DNA of 64,000 nt, from NCBI RefSeq assembly GCF_009914755.1, contig NC_060932.1; one strand, 5' to 3'. Shown piece after piece: positions 40,376-50,359 of this stretch; positions within the stretch are counted from its first letter, which is position 1; each line of letters starts with the position of its first letter. Under the pieces are notes generated by a model, which had not been told where the DNA came from, ran no database searches, and was given only the letters and a program-made list of their open reading frames with translations. The position numbers and the translations under genes are program-made. The DNA is from the human T2T-CHM13v2.0 reference genome, Homo sapiens.

Positions 40376-40569
40376 AAATAATAATATACTATTAATACTT
40401 CACATGTAACTTAAGAACCTTACAATACATATTCTCATGTTATTTTGTAATAGTATAAATGTGTATTTCCATTATCCCCCTTCACTTTTTGCTATTGGTG
40501 TCATGCATTTTACTTCTACAAGTTATAGAGTCCACAACAGATAGTTCTTGTTTCTACTTTAGTCAGCTG

Positions 40570-40815
40570 GGCTGGGCGTGGTCCTGCGAGGAGGTGGGCG
40601 GGGCGCACTGTGGGGCGGGGCCGGTGGGGACGTGGGCGGGGCGCATTGAGGGGAGGGGCCTGCGGGGAGGTGGGGTGGGCCCACTGTGGGGCGGAGCCGG
40701 GGCCTGCCGGGGGCGGGGGGTGTTGGGAGGGGCGCCCCGAGGGGCGGGGCCGGGCCGCCGTCGGTTCCCACGGCAACCGACTCAACAGTAAGGCCCCGCG
40801 GGCGTCCTGGCCGCC
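40570..40815 (+). promoter_or_regulatory. MAPK15: MAPK15 CpG-island promoter with multiple GC boxes and an RFX X-box-like site (40764-40777)
   Basis: Repeated GGGCGGGG; GTTCCCACGGCAAC; GCCGCCATG Kozak at 40816. Confidence 0.8.
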
Positions 40816-40881
40816 ATGTGCACCGTAGTGGACCCTCGCATTGTCCGGAGATACCTACTCAGGCGGCAGCTCGGGCAGGGG
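40816..40881 (+). CDS. MAPK15: MAPK15 (ERK7/8) exon 1
   Basis: [22 protein letters not shown], donor GTGAGT; the 14 exons sum to 1635 nt = 544 aa + stop. Confidence 0.93.
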
Positions 40882-42131
40882 GTGAGTGCCTGGGGGTGCG
40901 TCCGCGCGCCGAGGGGCGCGGCAGATCTGCGGAGAGAGGACCTGCGGGGCGCGGCCGGTCCCCTCGGAGGCCTGTTCCGTCACACACTGGCGTCCTGCCT
41001 CCTCCGTAGGCGGGAGAGGTGGTCTGGAGCCCCTTCGTGCCTCAGTTTCCTCATGGGGTAACACGATCCTGACTCCCAGGAACCTGGCTCCTGGAGGCAG
41101 GTGACAGCCAGGGCCGCCAGAGGCCTCAGGCAGAGGGATCCTGGCGCCCCACTCCCCACGCGTCCACAGTCGCCCGCTTCCCGGGTGCACACGACGCTCT
41201 GGGGAGGCTGGGCCCGCGCCCGGGTCACTGAGAGGAAGGGCGGACCCCAGGCTCAGGAGCACAGGGGCGAGGCCCGAGAAGGGCCTGAGCGGTTATGGGG
41301 TGGGCGCAGAGTGAAGGGCAGAGCCTTGTGTATCTGTGTGTGTGTGTGAGCATGTAAGCCTGTGTGTGTGTGCGTGGGTGTGTGGGGGGGTGTTCGAGGG
41401 TGCCATGGGGGAGGGGAGGAAGAGCCTTCCAGGCAGTGCAGACGGTAAGTGCGTAGGCCCAGTGCAGGGTTGTGTATGTGCAACTGGATAGGAGATGGAG
41501 AGAGACAGGTGAGTGGTGAGGGTCCGATCGTGTGGGAGCTTTGGGGAACTTCCAAGACTTTGGTTTTTACTGTTGCTGAGGCTGGGAGCTGTAGCAGCTG
41601 CTGGTGTCACTTTACAAGGCCCACCCCTGTGCTGAGGACCTACCGTGGGTGTGCACGGGAGCGGCAGACGGAGATGAGTTAAGGGGTTAGCGTAGCCACG
41701 CAGCGAGAGATGCCAGAGGCTGGGACCAGGGTAGGGGCAGAAGAGACCGTGGCAGGGGCTAGATTCTGGAGGAATCTGAAGGTAGGGCCAATGGGATTGG
41801 GGGTGGATGGGGTGTGAGAGAAAGGGAGGGAGAGTGCCTGGGCAGCTGGAAGGATGATAGGGCATCCCCGAGCTTCATTTCCTGCCCAGACGCTCCCCTC
41901 TGTGGCCTCCTTTCCTCCAGGGCCTCGCCAGCTCTCACCCTCCCTTCCCTCTACCTCCCCTCCTCTGGAAGATGTCGGAGTCTAGGGCAGCCTGCAGTTG
42001 CGGGAGCCCACACTCCCATCCCCTCTCGGGACCCAGGATGGGAAGGAGGAGCCTCATGTCTGTAGGGACAATCTGGGTGGGCAGGGGATGGGGGGAAGGG
42101 GCTGGCCCTGTGTGACGGCACTCCTTCCCAG

Positions 42132-42230
42132 GCCTATGGCATTGTGTGGAAGGCAGTGGACCGGAGGACTGGTGAGGTCGTGGCCATCAAGAAAATCTTT
42201 GATGCTTTTAGGGATAAGACAGATGCCCAG
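42132..42230 (+). CDS. MAPK15: MAPK15 exon 2
   Basis: [33 protein letters not shown] (VAIK catalytic Lys). Confidence 0.95.
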
Positions 42231-42484
42231 GTGAGTGTGTGGGGAGAAGCGTGGGAGAGGATGGGGGCAGGAAGGGGCAGCCCCTTGCCCTGGTGCCTGG
42301 AAGCTCAGGTGGGAGCTGGAGCCCAGTCATAGCAGATGTTCTGGCCTGTCTCGGAACACTGCCCCCTTGCCACGCCTGGTCTGGTGGGTATTGGGTGACA
42401 GACATCAGCTCCTTTGGGTCCTCTCAGGACATGGGCTTCCTTCTTGCTCCACCCACCCACACACCTGTGTTTCTGTCTCTTCAG

Positions 42485-42514
42485 AGAACATTCCGGGAAA
42501 TCACGCTCCTCCAG
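42485..42514 (+). CDS. MAPK15: MAPK15 exon 3
   Basis: [10 protein letters not shown] (alphaC Glu), AG/GT ends. Confidence 0.92.
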
Positions 42515-42649
42515 GTGAGTGGCCTGGGCCCTCCAGTCCAATCCCCTTGCCCAGGTACAGATCTCTCCAGACAGGAGAGAAACTGGCCTTCTTGGGCCCC
42601 AGAGCACAGCCCCTCCTGGCCTTCCAGCCGCCTCCGACTCTCTCCCCAG

Positions 42650-42740
42650 GAGTTTGGGGACCATCCCAACATCATCAGCCTCCTTGACGTGATCCGGGCA
42701 GAGAACGACAGGGACATTTACCTGGTGTTTGAGTTTATGG
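42650..42740 (+). CDS. MAPK15: MAPK15 exon 4
   Basis: [30 protein letters not shown]. Confidence 0.95.
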
Positions 42741-43212
42741 GTGAGTGAGGCCCCGGCCAGCGCCCCAGCCCCACCTCTGTTCTGTCCTGACGCCGTCTGC
42801 GGGTCCCTCTGCGTGTCCCTCTGCGTGTCCCTCTGCAGCTGGCCCACAGTGGCTTGCTCCCTCACCATGTACCCTGGACTCAGGGACAGACAGCTGACTA
42901 GTGTCAGCCTCCAGAGCCAGCAGCGACCCCTTTCGTCCCACCTGCCCCAGGCTCCTGCTCTGACCACAGTTTGCAGTTGCGTTCTCCTTTTTCTTCTCAT
43001 TTTATGAAACAAAGGCAACATGAAATAAAGTGTTAAAACTCCTGCAGACCTCACCGCTGTGCCCACAGGCAGTGCACAGGATGGAGGAGCGGGGCGGCCA
43101 GGCCGTGGGCTGGTTCAAAGTGGGACAGACCTGCCAGGTGCCCCTCTCCCACTCCCCCCAGGTTGCCCCCCCAGCCCCCCACCCCCGACTGCAGTGCGCA
43201 CCCTCTCTGCAG

Positions 43213-43343
43213 ACACTGACCTGAACGCAGTCATCCGGAAGGGCGGCCTGCTGCAGGACGTCCACGTGCGCTCCATCTTCTACCAGCTCCTGCGGGCCAC
43301 CCGGTTCCTCCACTCGGGGCACGTTGTGCACCGGGACCAGAAG
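43213..43343 (+). CDS. MAPK15: MAPK15 exon 5
   Basis: [20 protein letters not shown] (catalytic loop). Confidence 0.95.
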
Positions 43344-43430
43344 GTGCGGTTCCCCCGCCCCCGCTATGCCACGTGGCCCGGCTCCCGGCCCCACCCAGCC
43401 CCGGGGCCTCAGCCTGCCTCCTCTCTGCAG

Positions 43431-43594
43431 CCGTCCAATGTGCTCCTGGATGCCAACTGCACAGTGAAGCTGTGTGACTTTGGCCTGGCCCGCTCCCTGG
43501 GCGACCTCCCTGAGGGGCCTGAGGACCAGGCCGTGACAGAGTACGTGGCCACACGCTGGTACCGAGCACCGGAGGTGCTGCTCTCTTCGCACCG
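43431..43594 (+). CDS. MAPK15: MAPK15 exon 6
   Basis: [25 protein letters not shown] (DFG, TEY, APE). Confidence 0.96.
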
Positions 43595-43779
43595 GTAATA
43601 GCGAGACATCCCCAACCCCCCTCCACCTCCCTGCTGCCCTCCTGCCCAGCCAGGGCTCCCAGGCCTCCCGTACTCCGACCCTGCCTTGGTCCACAAGTGT
43701 TCCCCCATTCACCCCCCAGCAACCCCACCCCCACCTCTGCCTCTGGGTCTCTCCATGCCTACACCGCTTCCTGCCCCAG

Positions 43780-43919
43780 ATACACCCTTGGGGTGGACAT
43801 GTGGAGTCTGGGCTGTATCCTGGGGGAGATGCTGCGGGGGAGACCCCTGTTCCCCGGCACGTCCACCCTCCACCAGCTGGAGCTGATCCTGGAGACCATC
43901 CCACCGCCATCTGAGGAGG
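43780..43919 (+). CDS. MAPK15: MAPK15 exon 7
   Basis: [30 protein letters not shown]. Confidence 0.95.
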
Positions 43920-44666
43920 GTGAGCCAGGCTGCTGGGGCTGGGCACCAGGAATGCTGCAGGTCAGACAGCACAGCTGTGGGGAGACAGCAGCTGACAGGC
44001 TAGGACTGTGCTGAGAGGAGGGACGGGGACAGGGAGGATCCAGAGGATGGGGCAGGAGCCCCAGGAAGACCGACTGGTGATGGGGGCCCAGGAGGAGCTG
44101 CTGGGGGTGGGTGTGGGCAAGGCAGCACCTGGCACAGTCACCATGAGAGCCAAGCAGTGACCGTGAAGGGGCCAGCAGGCTGGACAAGGTCCCCAAGGGA
44201 TTCGGGTAGCAGGGGCAGGGACTGTCACTGTGCCGGGAGCTGGGGTGTGCAGAGACAGCTGGGCAGGAGAGATTCAGGTGCTGAGGGAAGAGGTGGAGGA
44301 AGGCAGTGGTAGAGGGGCCATGGGGGTCACTCTTGAGGGTGGGGGCAAGAGGGAGCTGCACCGCCAGGCATAGCTGCTTGTCTGGGTGGAGCCTCCTGGG
44401 CCGTGGAGGTGGGCGCCAGCATCCACTTCTGTGAGCACACCCCAGGGCCAGGTGCCCGAGTGTGGAGCAGGGGTCATGTGCGGGTGCTCCCGTGCACAGG
44501 CTGGGTGGCACGCCCTGGTGATGGGGTGTTTGAGCCCCGCCAGACAGCAGAAACCCTGTAGAGAGGCTGTGCTCCCTGGGGCTGGAAGAGATGACTGGCC
44601 CCAGATGCCCTGAGCCGCCCCAGCCGACCAGGCCTGCCTGGGTCACACCACCTTCTGCTGCCCCAG

Positions 44667-44724
44667 ACCTCCTGGCTCTCGGCTCAGGCTGCCGTGCCTC
44701 TGTGCTGCACCAGCTGGGGTCCCG
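44667..44724 (+). CDS. MAPK15: MAPK15 exon 8
   Basis: [20 protein letters not shown], phases match neighbours. Confidence 0.88.
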
Positions 44725-45139
44725 GTGAGTGGGGGCACTTCGGTGAGGGTGACAGGGTGGCCTATCTCAAGGGAGCAGGGCCACCTTCCTGCAAGTTTAC
44801 TGGGGCCAGTTTGTACCAGTTCAGATTCTGCCTGTTTTCAAGATGGCAGTCCCAAACCCAACAACTGTTGGCCACACTGAAAGCAGGAGCCCCTCTGGTG
44901 CTCCTAGAGGGTGGCCCAGAGGAGCTGTGCCAGGGCGTGGAGAGGAGGGCACCAGGGGGCCGCAGGGGTCTCTCCACCCTGCAGGGGCCCAGACTGCCTG
45001 CAGGTCAGGCACAGGGGCATCTACCTAGACAGGACAGCAGGGTGGACCCCAGTTTGGAAGCTGAGCCCCCAGCCACGAACATGGATCTGAGGAGGGGCCC
45101 TTGGGTCGGGCCCTGGAGACGACACACGGCAGCCCACAG

Positions 45140-45277
45140 GCCACGACAGACGCTGGATGCCCTCCTACCGCCAGACACCTCCCCAGAGGCCTTGGACCTC
45201 CTTAGGCGACTCCTGGTGTTCGCCCCGGACAAGCGGTTAAGCGCGACCCAGGCACTGCAGCACCCCTACGTGCAGAG
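45140..45277 (+). CDS. MAPK15: MAPK15 exon 9
   Basis: [46 protein letters not shown]. Confidence 0.93.
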
Positions 45278-45436
45278 GTGGGGGTGGGAGAGAGTCCCCC
45301 AAGTGCGGGGGGACAGAGGTGGGGGCAGGAGAGAGCCAGCCCATGAGGGACAGCCCCCACAGCAGGGACCCTGCTGTGACGGCTTGAGGGGCTCCCTTGG
45401 CCGCAGCCCGGGCCCCACCTCCCTGGCTCCCTGCAG

Positions 45437-45542
45437 GTTCCACTGCCCCAGCGACGAGTGGGCACGAGAGGCAGATGTGCGGCCCCGGGCACACGAAGGG
45501 GTCCAGCTCTCTGTGCCTGAGTACCGCAGCCGCGTCTATCAG
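45437..45542 (+). CDS. MAPK15: MAPK15 exon 10
   Basis: [35 protein letters not shown]. Confidence 0.9.
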
Positions 45543-45667
45543 GTGCTCCGGCTCTCGACCCCTATCATCCCCTGTCTACTGCACCCTGGAGGCTGCCTCC
45601 TATGTCAGAGACCCCCAAACGCCCCATGCCCAGGCTGTGACCTCTGAGCACCCTTCCCCTCCCGCAG

Positions 45668-45848
45668 ATGATCCTGGAGTGTGGAGGCAGCAGCGGCACC
45701 TCGAGAGAGAAGGGCCCGGAGGGTGTCTCCCCAAGCCAGGCACACCTGCACAAACCCAGAGCCGACCCTCAGCTGCCTTCTAGGACACCTGTGCAGGGTC
45801 CCAGACCCAGGCCCCAGAGCAGCCCAGGCCATGACCCTGCCGAGCACG
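45668..45848 (+). CDS. MAPK15: MAPK15 exon 11
   Basis: [20 protein letters not shown] ends. Confidence 0.88.
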
Positions 45849-45985
45849 GTGTGTGATCTTTGCTGGCCGCCCACGCGGAGCATGGCCCGGGCCCCTTCTG
45901 CCTGTGCTGCCAACTATGCGCAGCATTCGGTTCCTGACCCTGGGGTTGACCCACTGACCCCGGGGTTGACCCACTGACCCCACAG

Positions 45986-46110
45986 AGTCCCCCCGTGCAG
46001 CCAAGAACGTTCCCAGGCAGAACTCCGCTCCCCTGCTCCAAACTGCTCTCCTAGGGAATGGGGAAAGGCCCCCTGGGGCGAAGGAAGCGCCCCCCTTGAC
46101 ACTCTCGCTG
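45986..46110 (+). CDS. MAPK15: MAPK15 exon 12
   Basis: [18 protein letters not shown], donor GTAAGT. Confidence 0.88.
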
Positions 46111-46188
46111 GTAAGTCATGGTGGGGCGGGCACAGGAGGGACCCCTCCTCTGCACCTTTCAGTGACCCTGTGACATGGCCCTTCCCAG

Positions 46189-46317
46189 GTGAAGCCAAGC
46201 GGGAGGGGAGCTGCGCCCTCCCTGACCTCCCAGGCTGCGGCTCAGGTGGCCAACCAGGCCCTGATCCGGGGTGACTGGAACCGGGGCGGTGGGGTGAGGG
46301 TGGCCAGCGTACAACAG
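46189..46317 (+). CDS. MAPK15: MAPK15 exon 13
   Basis: [30 protein letters not shown], donor GTAAGC. Confidence 0.88.
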
Positions 46318-46511
46318 GTAAGCCCGGCCCAGTCTGCCCCCGTCCCCTCATCCTCCTTTCCCCTTTCCCCTTCCCCCCTGCTTTTCCCTCCCTTCCCCAT
46401 GCTTCCCATTGCCCCTCCAATGTCCAGTTCAAATCTCTCGAGGACCTCAAGGCCTCCCCTCCACTGCACCCCCTCTGATGGCCCCTTTATGTGACCCTCA
46501 ACTGTACACAG

Positions 46512-46688
46512 GTCCCTCCCCGGCTTCCTCCGGAGGCCCGGCCCGGCCGGAGGATGTTCAGCACCTCTGCCTTGCAGGGTGCCCAGGGGGGTGCCAGGGC
46601 TTTGCTTGGAGGCTACTCCCAAGCCTACGGGACTGTCTGCCACTCGGCACTGGGCCACCTGCCCCTGCTGGAGGGGCACCATGTGTGA
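46512..46688 (+). CDS. MAPK15: MAPK15 exon 14
   Basis: [32 protein letters not shown] stop. Confidence 0.9.
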
Positions 46689-46872
46689 GCCGCCCTACTC
46701 CCTTCACCTGGCCCTCTGTTCCTGCCCCAGCCCCTTCCCCAGACCCCTCTCCAGTCTCCTGCACCCCTTAGCCCTCCCTGCTTTGCCTGGCCCGTTGAAG
46801 TTCCAGGGAGCTTGCCCGGGTCTCCTCGGGGGAGCAGATGAGGGCCCTGCCCCCGCCCCACTGACTTCCTCC

Positions 46873-46878
46873 AATAAA
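46873..46878 (+). terminator. MAPK15: MAPK15 polyadenylation signal
   Basis: AATAAA 185 nt after the stop. Confidence 0.8.
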
Positions 46879-47035
46879 GTCATGTCTGCCCCCAACCTAA
46901 GCAGCCATCGTTCCTCCCCTCCCCTCTGAGGTCACAGCATCCACTAGCTGGGGGCCCCGGCCCCTTTCCTGAAGCCTCCACTCCTCTGAGGACCCCACCC
47001 CACCCCCGTCCTGAAACCTCCACCCCAGAGCCCAG

Positions 47036-47054
47036 TGCCGCCCCCTAGAGGCCC
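47036..47054 (-). promoter_or_regulatory. CTCF-like motif between convergent MAPK15 and FAM83H 3' ends
   Basis: Minus strand GGGCCTCTAGGGGGCGGCA resembles CTCF core CC(A/T)C(C/T)AG(A/G)GGGC. Confidence 0.5.
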
Positions 47055-48386
47055 TGCCCACTGCACATCCAGCACTGGGCTTTTCCCTCCAGGTTTGCCT
47101 GGGGCAGCTTCTTGTTCTTTGTCCATCATTTCCTTACCTGCTGTGGCTTCAGGGTCCAGGCTGCCCCCCAGGGTGGTCCTGTGGGGTAGGGACGTAGGGT
47201 CACCCCCTGGCCATGTTTGTGACTCTGAGCCAGAGGAGAGAAGGGGAGAGAGAAGGGGGACACCCCTCCCCCTGCTGTCAGGGACTGCAGCCTGCGCCCC
47301 CTAGTATGGCCACTGCACCTGATCTGTCTTCAGGTCTCCGTAGGTGAGGGTGGGAGACAGACATCTCGCGAGGTCAGGGTTACCTCCTCTTGTCACCCCC
47401 AGGCAAGGTCCCTGGTGTGAGTTCAGGCCAGGGCTGTGCAGGGCTGCAAAGATCAAAGGGGCCCTGTGGGCACAGACCTGTGTCCTAGGGTGCCAGGTGT
47501 CCTCAGCTGCACCTGCCCATGGGTTGGGGTTGGAACACAAGGAGGCAGCTGGAAAGCTCACAGGCTGGAGGAGCTCACAGTCTAAAGGGCGCGGCCTGTG
47601 CTGTCGGTGGCGGAGTTGGGCTGCCAGGCTCACAGTCTGGGAAGCTCATAGGCCGGAGGAGCTCACAGTTTGAAGGGTGCGGCCTGTGCTGTGGTCGGTG
47701 TTGGGCTGCCAGGAGAGGGGCGCTGCTGGGTTGTGGAAGCCATTGCCACCATGGGGGAGGGCGGGGAAGGACAAGATGTGGGTGGGGGAGCTGAGCAGAA
47801 GGTGAGAGCTGGCGCTGCCCTGGTGCTGGACCAGGCACCTGCAAGAGACTCAGAAAGGGAGGCTGGGTTTGGGAGAAGGTTGGAGGAGGCGGAGGAGGGA
47901 TCGGGAGGGCCCGAGGAAGCGGTGAGCCAGTCAGAGACCCAGCCCAGGGGCTGTTTCCTGAGGGGGCTGCCGAGGGAGGTGCTTGTTGAGCTTCAAAAGC
48001 CCAAGGCGCAGGCCCAGGGTGCTGAACAAGCAGGACAGAGAGGCTGTGGGAGAGGAAGCTGCAGAGAGGCCACGGGGCTGCAGGGTTGGAGGCTTGGCCT
48101 CAGGCTGGGCAGTGTGTGGTGGGGCTGCTGAGTGGGGAATCGCAGGTGGGCACCCAGGAGTGTGCCTGCACAGGGGGCATCGGGGACAGGGACAGGAGAG
48201 CAGCGTGAAGTTGGGGAGGCCAAGGTGGGCCTTGGAAGTGGAGCTGGGGGGTCTTTAGTGCCCCCCACAGGGGTGGGTGGTGGGTCCACAGGGGAAATCT
48301 GGGAGGCCACGTGGTTAAAGGCTGCAGGATGTAACTGGGCGATTATACACACTGGGGAACATGCTAGAATACTTTGTGTGTTGTGT

Positions 48387-48392
48387 TTTATT
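48387..48392 (-). terminator. FAM83H: FAM83H polyadenylation signal
   Basis: TTTATT on + ~2 kb downstream of the stop. Confidence 0.7.
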
Positions 48393-49759
48393 AACACCAA
48401 AATGTGCCACATCATGGTTTAGAAGAGGTGGAGGGTGCAGGCAGGAGGCTCCGAAGGCCCAGGCAGGGCCGCCAGCCTCTGGCCTCTCCATGGACTCCAG
48501 CTGGAGAGCCTGTCCGCTCAGCAACACCCCAGGCAGCACCAAGAATAACATGCCCACAAGAACATCATGGCCAAGAGACGCACAGGCGCATCCCGCTTCC
48601 AGGCACCTTTCCCACCTGGCCAGAAGTCCCTGCTGTCATCCCGACTTGCACGGTGGTTTTGGTAACCAGTGGGCTGTGCAGGAGTGAAAGTGGGGTCACT
48701 TTCCTTCCTTTCCCAGCTGCTGGAGTCGGAACTGCTGCCTTTGTTTGGCGGCCTTGTTTCTTAAATCAGTTCCCTCTTAGGATTTATTACACTAAAAAAA
48801 AAATTAGTTTTTGAAAAGAAATAGGAGAATACAGAAACATGAATTTCACGAGGCTATCATCTAACAGTGGGGGCTTTCTACACACGTGGTGCCAAAATGT
48901 GTCATTCTGAGTCAATTGCAATTCCTCTCTAGGAGTGAAAAGAGATAAAAGATAAGCCAAGAACCCTGGACAGATTCTTGGTGTTGGTGACAAAGAGGAA
49001 AGGACCTGAGAATGGGGCTGGTGGGGAGAGGGGGGTGTCTGCTGGATACCAGGAGGACAAGGACCACTCCCACCTGCAGGGGTGCCCAGGACCTAGTTGG
49101 GCTCGGCCTCAGCTGCACCTTGTCCCCTGCCCTCACCTGGCCCCATACCTGTCAAGGATAAGCACTCCACAACCAGCCCTTCTAGCGCCTGGCTTGGGCT
49201 GGGCCTGTGCAGGGGGTGCTCATGAGGCCGGGGCCACAGGTTGTCTGGACCATGTTTTACTGTGCTGCAAAGGCCAGTGCCCCCTCCCCACTCTCACCCA
49301 GTGCTGGCCAGAGCCTCGCTGGAGGAGATGGCAGACCTGGCCAAGGCGCCCCTTCGGGCTTCCCTGTGTCCCGTCCCCAGAGGCCTGCCCTGTCCAGCTT
49401 CCTTGCCACTCCAAGGGGCATCTTCTGGTCCAGCTCCCCCCCCCGCCCCACCCACCCCTTGCAAACTGCCCGCAGCCAGCCCAGTCTTCCCCACAGCAAG
49501 AGACGGGCCTCCAAAAAAGATGCTGGGAGGCAGCGAGCAGGAGAATCCAAGTAGGAAAGGAAGTGAAGCCCAGGCGGGGGAGGGGGGAGACGGGGGGGGG
49601 GGGGGGGGGGGGAGGGAAGGAGGAGACCTTGAGAGAGGGAGGGAGCGGGGAGGGGGGAGGCCCTGAGAACAGGAGGCCCTGAGGAGGAGAAGGGCCCAGA
49701 GAATGAGGAATTGAGGCACAGAGGTGAGACCCTTGCAAGAGGATAGGGGACTTAGCGGG

Positions 49760-50028
49760 GTGCAAGGCTCACGCCTGTAATCCCCCCACTTTGGGAGGCT
49801 GAAGCGGGCTGATCATTTGAGGCCAGGAGTTGGAGACCAGCCTGGCCAACATAGTGAAACCCTGTCTCTACTAAAAATACAAAAACTACCTGGGCGTGGT
49901 AGCATACATCTGTAATCCCAGCTACTCAGGAGGCTGAGGCAGGAGAATCGCTGGAACCCGGGAGGCAGAGGTTGCAGTGAGCCCAGACCGCTCAACTGCA
50001 CTCCAGCCCTAGATCTCAAAAAAATAAA
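49760..50028 (+). mobile_element. Alu in FAM83H 3' UTR (antisense to the mRNA)
   Basis: Alu consensus with truncated right end. Confidence 0.88.
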
Positions 50029-50359
50029 GGGGGCGGGGGGGACTGAGGCACAAAGAGATGGCGGAGCCAGACGCTGCGCCACGCAAGGCTGACGGTGCAG
50101 AGATGAAGGTGCTGAGGGGAGAAAGGCACTGGTGGCGAGGGGTGCAGCCCCAGCGTTGGGGAGGCCAGGGGGCAGAGACGGCAGCTGCCAGGTGAGCCTC
50201 CAGTGGAGCCGAGGTCTGGCGCACTCAGCCAAGCCCCAAGCGGCCGTGGCCTGACAGCCGCTGCTCAAGCACATGAGCAGGGCTCTCTGTTCCGCGGGGC
50301 TTCTGGATGACCGGGGCAGCGATGCGGGCACCCTGGCCTGGGTTGCCAGGCCAGAAGAC

